From positions 1-47,178 of the forward strand of contig JBIKWN010000015.1 in assembly GCA_044356295.1 (NCBI GenBank): 47,178 nucleotides of DNA, in the 5' to 3' direction. Made by a program: the position numbers and the translations under genes. The notes under the pieces were generated by a model. It saw nothing but the letters and a program-made list of their open reading frames with translations, searched no databases and was not told the DNA's origin. Source of the stretch: Bdellovibrionota bacterium (GTDB taxonomy: Bacteria; Bdellovibrionota_C; UBA2361; JBIKWN01). This document shows positions 29,222 through 38,080 of the stretch, piece after piece (the stretch's first letter is position 1; each line of letters starts with the position of its first letter).

Positions 29222-30376
29222 TCAACGCGAGGCATAACGATTCAAGAGAGGATCTGTAGATACTCCTTTTTTACGGATTTCGAAGTAAAAAGTGTCTTTG
29301 GTGATGAACCCAACCGGTGCGCCTGCTGGCACAATTGCTCCTACAGAAACATGGGCGTCAGAAAGCTTGCCATACAGAGAAAACTCCCTGTCCCCATGAT
29401 CCAAAATGACCACCGTTCCAAGTTGAGGCAGAACCCCAATAAAAGCTACCTTACCTTCGGCAGCTGCAATAACTTCGAGAGAACTCCCTTGAATAAGAAT
29501 ACCTTTTTTAGTAACTCCACTTCCAACTCCGAATTTCTTAGTCACCTTTCCTTTGAGCGGATTAAACAACTCTCCTTTTAGACCTGGACCCTCCCAAGGA
29601 GCATTTTCTCGATCTTGAACATCGTTAGAATTTAGGAGAGAAACTTCTTTATCCCCACCAGTCATGGACTTAAGGACCGTTTCAAACCGGAGCTCCTGTG
29701 CCCTCAGAGATACAAGCGCAGTTTCAAGTGATTTCTTTTTAATCTTAAATTCGGACACTTTTTCATTCTGAGTATCAATCTTTGCCTCGATCTCTTTACG
29801 TTGCAGTGTGACTTCTGCAAGAAGGTTCTGGCTCTCTTGAAGTGTTTTTTGGAGTTTGCCAGTTTCTACGTCTCTTCGCCCTCGAAGAGCACGCACCTCT
29901 TCGGCTTCTTGAGCATCCATTTTTTTTATTGATTTTAAATACACAGAACCACGACTAAAAGCTTCATATCCATTAGACACAAAAGCTCTTGTTGCCGGTA
30001 AATCACTTACGTGAAGCAAATAGAGAGCCTTAACGCGCGCCGTTGATCGGATCTCTAATTCAAGAAGTCGACCTTGTAGATCTTGCACAAGTTTCTGGAT
30101 TTCTAGTTGAGATGATTGTTTTTTATCGAGATCTTTTCTTAGCTTCTTTTCACGGTCTTTTAAAACCGAAACCTGACTCGATAATTTTTGTACCTCTGCT
30201 TTTATAGATTTTAGCTCTTCAGTAATCGAAGAAACCTGCGACTCGCTCTCACTCATCTGAGTACGAAGTTCATCAAGCTTTAATTTCTCATCCTCTGCTA
30301 AAACTTCTACCGTAGGAAAAAAAGTGCAGAATAAAAAAAGAAGCTTAAGACAGTAAATTTTATTTCGCAGCTTCAT
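29222..30376 (-). CDS. envC: Murein hydrolase activator EnvC-like (coiled coil plus degenerate M23 domain)
   Basis: Signal peptide, long coiled coil, and a C-terminal M23 fold (G.VVILDHG....SLYG.L; YFEIRKKG...DP) lacking the Zn ligands. Follows ftsEX. Confidence 0.85.
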   Translation of the reverse strand: MKLRNKIYCLKLLFLFCTFFPTVEVLAEDEKLKLDELRTQMSESESQVSSITEELKSIKAEVQKLSSQVSVLKDREKKLRKDLDKKQSSQLEIQKLVQDLQGRLLELEIRSTARVKALYLLHVSDLPATRAFVSNGYEAFSRGSVYLKSIKKMDAQEAEEVRALRGRRDVETGKLQKTLQESQNLLAEVTLQRKEIEAKIDTQNEKVSEFKIKKKSLETALVSLRAQELRFETVLKSMTGGDKEVSLLNSNDVQDRENAPWEGPGLKGELFNPLKGKVTKKFGVGSGVTKKGILIQGSSLEVIAAAEGKVAFIGVLPQLGTVVILDHGDREFSLYGKLSDAHVSVGAIVPAGAPVGFITKDTFYFEIRKKGVSTDPLLNRYASR

Positions 30377-31358
30377 ACTTTACCGATCGTGTCGCAAAAA
30401 ATGAAGCAAGTGCTCCTGTTACCGCGCCAACTAAAACGACAAGGAGGATGGAAAATGAACTAAGGAAAGAAAGCCCAGCCCCGCTTAACTGACCAAGTGG
30501 CGAAGATGCGTAAAGATCACTCATCCAAGGAAAAAGAGCAGCACAAAGCAACAATGATAAAACTGAACCTAAAACACCTTGGAGTATTCCTTCAACAATA
30601 AAAGGGGCACTCATATAAGCCTTACTTGCACCGACAAGCTGCATAATTTCTAGCTCTTCTCTGTTTGAGTACACAGTTAACCTAATTGCATTGGTAATCA
30701 ATAATCCACTTACAAGGATCATAAAAGTTGTACCTACAATTGCGGTCTTCCTTAAGCTATCCATTGCTTTTGAAGCTTCTGAGAGATCTCCGTTATGCAC
30801 TTTAACCAGATCAATAGCCGGATTCTGTGAGAGATTATTAACAATTCGTTCATATAATTTTGTTTGAATAGTATCGACCGTAAAAAGGAGTTCGATTGAT
30901 TCAGGAAGTGGATTTTTTTCGGATATGCCAATTAATAAAGGAGAATCTTCGCCAACAAGTTTTTTAAAAAACTGCAATGCTTCTGATTTATTTCGGTACG
31001 TTGCTTCTTTAACTCCTTGTAGTTTTTTAACTTCACTCAAGACTGTCTCAGCAACAGTTGCAGACGTTCCATCTTTAAAATACGCACTCACTGAAATCTG
31101 TTCAGTGGATTGAGTAATTGTCTCTCTACAATTTACTGCAACAAGCAAAAACAAAGAGAAAAGAAGTAAAGATACTACGATACTAGAAAGAGTTAGAAAG
31201 AAGGAAACAGGAGACCGTTTAATTTGTGTCCAAACTAAACGACCAATATGTACGATCATTTCAGTCTTAGTGGCGTATAGAAGATTAGTTCTGGATGCCC
31301 AAATTGCAGAGAGTGGTTCACGAAGGCTTGGGTCTGATCCACCTAGAAGATTTTTCAT
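30360..31358 (-). CDS. ftsX: Cell division permease FtsX
   Basis: Four TMs, NPLPES, I.NAIRLTVYS.REELEIMQLVGAS..Y...PFIVEG. Confidence 0.93.
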   Translation of the reverse strand: MKNLLGGSDPSLREPLSAIWASRTNLLYATKTEMIVHIGRLVWTQIKRSPVSFFLTLSSIVVSLLLFSLFLLVAVNCRETITQSTEQISVSAYFKDGTSATVAETVLSEVKKLQGVKEATYRNKSEALQFFKKLVGEDSPLLIGISEKNPLPESIELLFTVDTIQTKLYERIVNNLSQNPAIDLVKVHNGDLSEASKAMDSLRKTAIVGTTFMILVSGLLITNAIRLTVYSNREELEIMQLVGASKAYMSAPFIVEGILQGVLGSVLSLLLCAALFPWMSDLYASSPLGQLSGAGLSFLSSFSILLVVLVGAVTGALASFFATRSVKYEAAK

Positions 31359-32035
31359 CCTATCCCCCTTGGATTTTCGAAATCACCAACGATTGCACCT
31401 TTATTAAGAACGATAGTTCTTAAATTAAGATTTTCAATCATGCTCAGATTATGAGTTGCCACTATCACGGTAGATCCAGCCGCATTGGCTTCTAATAAAA
31501 GATCAAATATTACATCCGTCATCTGCTGGTCGAGGTTTCCAGTGGGCTCATCTGCTAAAATAACTCTTGGTTTATGAATAAGAGCGCGAGCAATCGATAC
31601 CCGCTGCTGCTCACCCCCTGAAAGAGTCAATGGGAATACATTTTCTTTTCCAGAGAGTCCGACTGCTGCAAGCATACGGGCGGCAAGAGCAAGGCGTTCT
31701 TCTTTTTGATACCCCCTCACTTCCAAACCGTACGAGACATTTTCGATGACCGTTCGACGGGGCAACAGCTTGTAATCCTGAAATATGACCCCTATATCTC
31801 TTCTGAGAAGCATTACAGAATGTTCATCGAGCTCCGTGAGGTTCCTCCCGCCTACAACGACCTCTCCAGAGGAGGCTTTTTCAGCCCCAAAGAGGAGTTT
31901 TAGAAGTGTGGACTTTCCTGCACCACTTGAGCCGGCAATAAACAGAAAATCCCCCTGCTCAACCCTCACTGTCACGTTCTGGAGAGCGGTTTGATCTGGT
32001 GGATAGTTCTTACGTACATTATAAAGGTGAATCAT
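31355..32035 (-). CDS. ftsE: Cell division ATP-binding protein FtsE
   Basis: [47 protein letters not shown]. Confidence 0.95.
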   Translation of the reverse strand: MIHLYNVRKNYPPDQTALQNVTVRVEQGDFLFIAGSSGAGKSTLLKLLFGAEKASSGEVVVGGRNLTELDEHSVMLLRRDIGVIFQDYKLLPRRTVIENVSYGLEVRGYQKEERLALAARMLAAVGLSGKENVFPLTLSGGEQQRVSIARALIHKPRVILADEPTGNLDQQMTDVIFDLLLEANAAGSTVIVATHNLSMIENLNLRTIVLNKGAIVGDFENPRGIG

Positions 32036-32095
32036 ATTCGTAAGGAATTTTTCTTGAATAATCGCCGACCCACAACAAACTGTCTAGCCTCGATA

Positions 32096-32545
32096 TTGAG
32101 GTGCGTCTTTAACCGATTCGGATCATACCGTATTTCAAACGGTTTCACTTCTGTTTTTTTCATTTGCACATCTTTGTTATTTGCAAGCTGCTCATCATCA
32201 TTGCCATCTCCAACCGGTGGTAAGGTTATAAATAACAATGAAGAAGTGTTTTCAACTCAAATAACTCAGTGCGGAGTTAAAAACTACGTTCCATCTCTTG
32301 CTACAACTCGGCAGCTCTTGACTGGTTTTGATTCAGTTAAGATTGAGTCAACGAATAAAGAAGAGATCTCTAATAAACAAAGGTTGATAACCAAAGCTTC
32401 TGCTGAGTTAGATCTTGTTCCGATATCGATTATAACTATTACGAGCAGAAAAGATGATTGCGTTCTTGATTCAATTTATTGGACCAAAAATAAATCTCTC
32501 AATCTTTTAGACGAAGCAAAAAATCTTTTTCTTAAATCACAATGA
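32096..32545 (+). CDS. Putative lipoprotein, first gene of the mla operon
   Basis: Lipobox-like LLFAS/C, and the stop overlaps the mlaE ATG. The start is uncertain: in-frame TTGs at 32054 and 32096, while the ORF-track start at 31991 overlaps ftsE. Confidence 0.6.
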   Translation: MRCVFNRFGSYRISNGFTSVFFICTSLLFASCSSSLPSPTGGKVINNNEEVFSTQITQCGVKNYVPSLATTRQLLTGFDSVKIESTNKEEISNKQRLITKASAELDLVPISIITITSRKDDCVLDSIYWTKNKSLNLLDEAKNLFLKSQ

Positions 32546-33291
32546 ATACTGTTTTAGATTTTATTAGAGCCATCGGACTATATGGTCAACTGCTCATTCA
32601 AATTTGCAATGATTTAAAGCGTGGCATCAGCGGCAGTGAGCTCTGGCGTCAAATGTACAAGATTGGCGCAGCTTCTCTTCCAATCATTATGCTTACAACT
32701 CTTACCACCGGCATGGTTCTTGCGATGCAAACTGCCTATGGTCTTCACCGATTTGGAGCGAAAAATTATATTGGTAACGTTGTCGGTCTCGGACTTGTTC
32801 GCGAGTTAGGACCAGTGCTTTCAGCAATTATGCTGTGTGGAAGAGTAGGTGCAGGTACAACCGCAGAAATAGCATCTATGGTAGTAACCGAACAAGTTGA
32901 TGCAATTAAGGCACTCGGCGCAAATCCTATTCGCAAACTCGTTACACCGCGAGTAGTAGCAGCAATTATTGTAATGCCTCTTTTAGTGATGATAGGTGAT
33001 ATTGTAGGAATATACGGCGGTTTACTTATTGGGGTCTTGGATCTTAAAATTACCGCTTATACTTATTATCGTTCGATTCTTTATACATTAAAAATTCGAG
33101 ATTTACTTGAAGGACTTTTCAAAAGTGGCGTATTTGGTTTCTTGATTGTGAGCATCGCATGTCATAAAGGGCTCACGGTACGTGGTGGCACAGAAGGAGT
33201 CGGCAAAGCCACAACTGAAACAATGGTCGTTGGTTCAATAGTTATTTTTATCTCTAATTTCTTTCTTACCAAATTCTTAATGATGCTCTGA
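32542..33291 (+). CDS. mlaE: MlaE family ABC permease
   Basis: RELGPVLSAIM..GRVGAG.TAEIASM.VTEQVDA...LG..P...LVTPRV, GGTEGVGKATT..V. Confidence 0.94.
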   Translation: MNTVLDFIRAIGLYGQLLIQICNDLKRGISGSELWRQMYKIGAASLPIIMLTTLTTGMVLAMQTAYGLHRFGAKNYIGNVVGLGLVRELGPVLSAIMLCGRVGAGTTAEIASMVVTEQVDAIKALGANPIRKLVTPRVVAAIIVMPLLVMIGDIVGIYGGLLIGVLDLKITAYTYYRSILYTLKIRDLLEGLFKSGVFGFLIVSIACHKGLTVRGGTEGVGKATTETMVVGSIVIFISNFFLTKFLMML

Positions 33292-33301
33292 GTTATTCAT
33301 A

Positions 33302-34042
33302 ATGGAACCTATAATATCACTTGAGCATGTTGGAATGATTTTTGGCACCAATGAGGTACATAAAGATATCTCTTTGTCGGTAAATACTGGCGAAACACTT
33401 ACAATACTTGGACCGAGTGGAACAGGAAAAACTGTTATCTTTAAACTCATTATGGGACTTTTATTTCCTACCTCTGGGACAGTAAAAGTATTAGGAATAG
33501 ATCCTAGTCAAGCAACTGATGACGAGCTTGTTGAGTTACGAAAAAAAGTTGGTATTCTTTTTCAAGGTGCTGCTTTGTTTGATAGTCTTGATGTATACGA
33601 AAATATTGCTTACTCACTACGTGAGCGTGGTGAAAAAGATGAGTCAAAAATTAAATCCGTAGTACAAGATAAACTTGAACTCGTTGATCTAGCAGGTCAA
33701 GAAAGAAAGTTTCCTTCCCAGCTATCTGGTGGACAAAAGAAACGTATCGGATTAGCACGAGCACTAGCAAGCGAGCCAAATGTTATGCTTTTTGATGAAC
33801 CTACAACTGGGCTTGATCCTACAGCTGTAAGACTGATTGATGACCTCATTATACGGCTTAGAAATGAGCTTAACATTACTTCACTTGTGGTAACCCACGA
33901 CATTCCAAGCGCTGAGAGGATCTCGACTCGCTGGATGCTTATTCGAAATGGATATAAAATAGCAGACGGACCACCTCATACTCTTTCAAACGAAAACTAC
34001 GACGTACATCGATTTATAACAGGATACGCAAACGATGATTAA
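33302..34042 (+). CDS. mlaF: MlaF family ABC ATPase
   Basis: GPSGTGKT, LFQGAALFDSL.V.ENIA, LSGGQKKRIGLARA, DEPTTGLDP. Confidence 0.93.
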   Translation: MEPIISLEHVGMIFGTNEVHKDISLSVNTGETLTILGPSGTGKTVIFKLIMGLLFPTSGTVKVLGIDPSQATDDELVELRKKVGILFQGAALFDSLDVYENIAYSLRERGEKDESKIKSVVQDKLELVDLAGQERKFPSQLSGGQKKRIGLARALASEPNVMLFDEPTTGLDPTAVRLIDDLIIRLRNELNITSLVVTHDIPSAERISTRWMLIRNGYKIADGPPHTLSNENYDVHRFITGYANDD

Positions 34043-34907
34043 ATCAGCTGACACTTTAAAGACAGGCATTTTTGTTGCTTTTGCAATCGCAACTTTCATT
34101 TTTAGTATCTACTTTCTTGGAAGTGAGCGAGACATATTTTCAAAGCAAACTAACTTTTATGTTTTATATAAGGATGTAAAAGGTCTCTCTCTTGGCGCTC
34201 CAGTAAAACTTGGAGGCGTCATCATTGGAAGAGTCGCCGATATACAGTTTACAGGTGAATCAGAGGAACTGACGGTTACACTTTCAATTAACGAGAAATA
34301 TCTTTCACGCATTCGACTTGACTCTCGTGTTTCCCTAGAGACCGCAGGTCTTCTCGGCGATAAATTTGCAAGTATCAGTGTCGGTAAAGATCCAGTACAA
34401 GCAGCCGCTGGTGGATTCTTGATGGCATCAAATGATGCAGATACATCTGAACTTCTTGGAAAAGCAGCAAAAGTTGTTGAAAATACCATTCAGATCTCTG
34501 ACGATATAAAAGGTATCACTCAAAGTGTTAAAGCCGAAGGCACTGATGATTTTAATACTTCAATTCACGAATTAAAGGAACTCATCACTAACTTGTCTGC
34601 TATTTCTAAAGAGATTAGAACAGGTGATGGGCTCTTTCATGCACTTGCCTATGACAAAAGTGGCAGTGATGTTGTTAAATCCTTTGCAGAGCTTTCAACG
34701 AACCTTAAAAAAGCATCAATTGATATTACTGAAGCTGCAGCAAATCTTAAGGCGAGCACTGAAACACTGAAAAATGGAAATGGTACTGTTGGTGCACTTC
34801 TTGTTGATTCGAAACTATATGACAATCTGGTCGATGTAACGGACGGAGCGAAACGAAGCTTTATTTTAAAACAGGCTATTCGTAGTTCTTTAAATAACGC
34901 TGAATAA
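34035..34907 (+). CDS. mlaD: MlaD/MCE-domain protein
   Basis: N-terminal TM, GL..GAPVKLGGV.IG.V, I..DS......GLLGDKF..I, and a helical C-terminus. Confidence 0.9.
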   Translation: MIKSADTLKTGIFVAFAIATFIFSIYFLGSERDIFSKQTNFYVLYKDVKGLSLGAPVKLGGVIIGRVADIQFTGESEELTVTLSINEKYLSRIRLDSRVSLETAGLLGDKFASISVGKDPVQAAAGGFLMASNDADTSELLGKAAKVVENTIQISDDIKGITQSVKAEGTDDFNTSIHELKELITNLSAISKEIRTGDGLFHALAYDKSGSDVVKSFAELSTNLKKASIDITEAAANLKASTETLKNGNGTVGALLVDSKLYDNLVDVTDGAKRSFILKQAIRSSLNNAE

Positions 34908-34920
34908 CAATTACTGATTA

Positions 34921-35901
34921 TTATTCAGTAGTGACACAACCTTGATTCAATAAAACTGCTCTAGCATTTCTTTGCAGACCTGATCTTCTCGCGCGAAGAA
35001 TTGGACTTCCTTGAAAGAAGTCTTCGAATTGACGATTCGTTTTAAAACTTAAAATCTCTTCTAAATTTAGTTGCTGAAACCGTGGCTTGTTTGTCTCTAT
35101 CCACTTAAGAATAGTACTTCCGAGCCGCTTCTTTTTTAATGAAACAAAATTATATGGACAAACATCTTGACAGATATCACATCCAAAAACCCAGTCTCCT
35201 ATCATTGAAGATTGCTCTTTAGTAAACGCACCACGATGCTCAATTGTTAAATAAGAGATGCATTTTCCTGCATCAACAACGTAATCGGTTACGATTGCAT
35301 TTGTTGGACAGTTAGAAATACACCGCGTACATGTTCCACAAGTATTTTTTTTATTCTGACTAATGGGTTGATTGTTGGGTGGAGTGATTTTAAAACTACA
35401 AAAAATCTCAGCCATTAAGAACAACGATCCCTGCTTAGGAATGATTGCTAATGAATTTTTTCCAATAAAAGCTCCACCTGTTCTAGCAGCGAGGGCTCTC
35501 TCAAGTAACGGGACTGCATCTGAATAAAAACGTACTTCACCAAAAACCTTCAATCGATCTGATACTATCGAGAGAACCTCTTTGAACACATTATGATAGT
35601 CCCTACCCCAGGCGTACCTTGCAACTTGTCCATACCCAAGCTGCACAGGAAGATGGGGCTCGCTTCCATAATCTAGCGAGATTGACAGCACCGTCTTGGC
35701 TTCTGGAAATAGGACAGATGGATTAGAAAGGAGCGCTGGATCTCGCTTCATATACTCCATGCCAGCAGCAAAGCCATTTTGTTGCCAATCTGAAAGTCTT
35801 TGCTTATCAATTTCTAAAGACGTCGTATCGGTATGACCAATAAGCTTTAAGTTATATTCAGTAAGAATCTCTGAAATTTCTTGATACGTAATCTCTTTCA
35901 C
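34921..35901 (-). CDS. queG: Epoxyqueuosine reductase
   Basis: VARYAWGRDYH, LERALA, IGKN, CGTCTRCISNCPT.A, CISYLTIE, FGCDICQDVCP.N. Confidence 0.95.
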   Translation of the reverse strand: MKEITYQEISEILTEYNLKLIGHTDTTSLEIDKQRLSDWQQNGFAAGMEYMKRDPALLSNPSVLFPEAKTVLSISLDYGSEPHLPVQLGYGQVARYAWGRDYHNVFKEVLSIVSDRLKVFGEVRFYSDAVPLLERALAARTGGAFIGKNSLAIIPKQGSLFLMAEIFCSFKITPPNNQPISQNKKNTCGTCTRCISNCPTNAIVTDYVVDAGKCISYLTIEHRGAFTKEQSSMIGDWVFGCDICQDVCPYNFVSLKKKRLGSTILKWIETNKPRFQQLNLEEILSFKTNRQFEDFFQGSPILRARRSGLQRNARAVLLNQGCVTTE

Positions 35902-36001
35902 TTCTTTCTAGTCTATCTGATAGGCAATCCAATGTTTATAGTTCGATATCATTTAACAAAATTTGACGTAGCCCTCTATTTTCTTTAATCTTTCACTGTC
36001 T

Positions 36002-36074
36002 GTCCCCATCGTCTAGAGGCCTAGGACACCTCCCTTTCACGGAGTAAACCAGGGTTCGAATCCCTGTGGGGACG
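36002..36074 (+). tRNA. tRNA-Glu(TTC)
   Basis: GTCCCCA/TGGGGAC acceptor stem, GTCTAGAGGCCTAGGAC D-arm, CTTTCAC anticodon loop, GGTTCGAATCC T-loop. CCA not encoded. Confidence 0.95.
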
Positions 36075-36094
36075 CATTTATTTCCTTTTGGAAT

Positions 36095-36271
36095 ATGACT
36101 ATGGAAACGTTTTGGGAAAATATTGTTTCTGCTGGAATAGTTCTCTTAAAGGTAATATTTATCTTACTACTAATTGACCTCGCATCAATTGTATTTGATA
36201 CAGAGATGAGGGTTCCTTACATATACGTCATTACTGATTGGATTCTTGCTAAAGCTAGTGTCCTTCGTTAA
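36095..36271 (+). CDS. Small putative membrane protein (58 aa)
   Basis: Manual translation: MTMETFWENIVSAGIVLLKVIFILLLIDLASIVFDTEMRVPYIYVITDWILAKASVLR. Below the ORF-track cutoff. It fills the gap between tRNA-Glu and the hydrolase gene. Confidence 0.5.
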   Translation: MTMETFWENIVSAGIVLLKVIFILLLIDLASIVFDTEMRVPYIYVITDWILAKASVLR

Positions 36272-36299
36272 AAAATCCATTTCTCTTTCTTAGATATCG

Positions 36300-36932
36300 A
36301 TGAAGTACCTTTTCACTATACATGGTATGGGTAGGCTATCTTGGTCGATGGCTCACTTAAGTTTATTTGCCAAAGATTTCAAGGTCCTAAATTTTTCTTA
36401 CAAATCTAGTCGAGGAACCATTGAAGAGCATGCAGTTAGATTTGCTCAGTTTATTGAAAAAAATTGCGATTCTAGAGCGGAATTATACTTTATTGGTCAT
36501 TCATTAGGGTGCCTTATTACGCTCCGTGCCCTTGAGCTGCTACCTACTCACAATACTATACGTGCAGTTTTTCTTGGTCCTCCACTTAAGGGATCTCACG
36601 TCGCAAAAATTTTCTCTTCATACTATCTTCCACGCGCATATTTTGGTGAACCGCTTATAGAGCTCTCTAAGCAAAATCCATTTGAAATCTCTAAAAATTT
36701 GCAAGATCGATTGAAAATTGGTGTGATTGCGGGAATCCTTTCGAATAAGTCTTCCCTCTCTCCTTGGTTTACTAAACCCAATGATTTTCTTGTAGCTGTC
36801 GACGAAACAAGAGTTGATGGGATAGACTCTCATATAGAGCTTCATTGTCCTCATGCTGTTATGATGTATGCTCCAAAGATTATACGAGCTACTTTTAATT
36901 ACTTACGACATGGGCGATTCAACACTCTCTGA
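36300..36932 (+). CDS. Alpha/beta-hydrolase (lipase/esterase-like)
   Basis: HGMGR...SM, GHSLG nucleophile elbow, LGPP.KGS, ND..V.V.ET, and a C-terminal His. Confidence 0.88.
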   Translation: MKYLFTIHGMGRLSWSMAHLSLFAKDFKVLNFSYKSSRGTIEEHAVRFAQFIEKNCDSRAELYFIGHSLGCLITLRALELLPTHNTIRAVFLGPPLKGSHVAKIFSSYYLPRAYFGEPLIELSKQNPFEISKNLQDRLKIGVIAGILSNKSSLSPWFTKPNDFLVAVDETRVDGIDSHIELHCPHAVMMYAPKIIRATFNYLRHGRFNTL

Positions 36933-37962
36933 TGCAAAAAAACTTTCGGATAAACTTCCAAAGTCACTCTCACCCCGTGAAAAAATCTCTCTCGTTATTG
37001 GAACGCTCCAAGGGCTTTCACAAGTCGAAAAAATCATTGAATCTAAGTTTGATGCTCAAAGCCCATTATTAAATGATATTTCAACATATCTTTTTTCAAT
37101 TGGAGGAAAAAGAATTCGCCCCGTACTGTGCCTTTTAATTGCTCAAAGTCTTGGCGGAGCAAAAGAGCCTCATCGATTACACGAGGTTTCTGCTGGTATT
37201 GAGCTCATACATATGGCTACTCTTCTACACGATGACATCATCGATCGCTCACCACTTCGAAGACATGAAGCATCACCTTGGGTAAAATATGGAACACCTG
37301 ACACTTTAATTACTGGTGATTTTTTATTAACTCGTGCTTTTAGTTTATGTGCAAGACTTGACCGATTTATTATCGACAAAACTGAGATAGCTTGTATTGA
37401 GTTAACCGAAGGAGAGATCGATGAGCGACCTCTCTCTGTAAAAAGTTTTTCAATCGAAGCTTCTATTGAAATTGCACGAAAGAAAACTGGATCACTCTTT
37501 CGATTAGCAGGAGAAAGTGCGGGATTCCTCGCAACACACGACACTCAAATCGCTAAAGCTTACGGAGAATTCGGTGAAGCGCTTGGAATATCATTTCAGA
37601 TCCTAGATGACATTCTTGATGTTATCTCTACAGAAGATCTGTTAGGGAAAAAAGCTGGTATCGATTTAATCGAGAAAAAACCTTCGGCAATTAATGTTTT
37701 ATGGCTTCAAACAAAAGAGCCACTAGCTGAAAAAGTCCTTCTTGCAGAGCAAGAGCCCTCAAGTGAAACAATTGAAGAAGCGCTTGCACATTTAAAGTCC
37801 CACAAAGTCATCAACCAAGCCAGAGACCTTGCAAAAGAATATGTAAACAAAGCTACAACAGCACTTTTGACAATTGAAAAGATGATTCAACGACCACTTG
37901 AAACTAAATCAAAAGAAGCGCTGCTTTCGCTTGCTCAGTATGTGCTTGAGCGAATGGAATAA
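36910..37962 (+). CDS. ispB: Long-chain polyprenyl diphosphate synthase (IspB-like)
   Basis: GGKRIRP, ELIHMATLLHDDIID....RR, GDFLL, KTGSLF, FQILDDILD. The ATG at 36910 is preferred over 36868. Confidence 0.9.
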   Translation: MGDSTLSDAKKLSDKLPKSLSPREKISLVIGTLQGLSQVEKIIESKFDAQSPLLNDISTYLFSIGGKRIRPVLCLLIAQSLGGAKEPHRLHEVSAGIELIHMATLLHDDIIDRSPLRRHEASPWVKYGTPDTLITGDFLLTRAFSLCARLDRFIIDKTEIACIELTEGEIDERPLSVKSFSIEASIEIARKKTGSLFRLAGESAGFLATHDTQIAKAYGEFGEALGISFQILDDILDVISTEDLLGKKAGIDLIEKKPSAINVLWLQTKEPLAEKVLLAEQEPSSETIEEALAHLKSHKVINQARDLAKEYVNKATTALLTIEKMIQRPLETKSKEALLSLAQYVLERME

Positions 37963-37965
37963 TAC

Positions 37966-38012
37966 CTTCGCGACCTTCGCGACCTTCGCGTTACTAAAAA
38001 TATCTTCAATTA
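37966..38012 (+). repeat. 47-bp dispersed element with three CTTCGCG 9-mer units, copy 2
   Basis: CTTCGCGACCTTCGCGACCTTCGCGTTACTAAAAATATCTTCAATTA, an inverted copy of 27747-27793. Confidence 0.8.
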
Positions 38013-38080
38013 CGTCTTACCCTACAATAGTGATACAGATTGATTTATTAACAGTTGTAGACGCTTTAGAACTAATCTAA

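Noticed and set aside
29222..30376. Active M23 endopeptidase
   Set aside because: The HxxxD and HxH zinc ligands are absent, and the ftsEX context indicates a non-catalytic EnvC.
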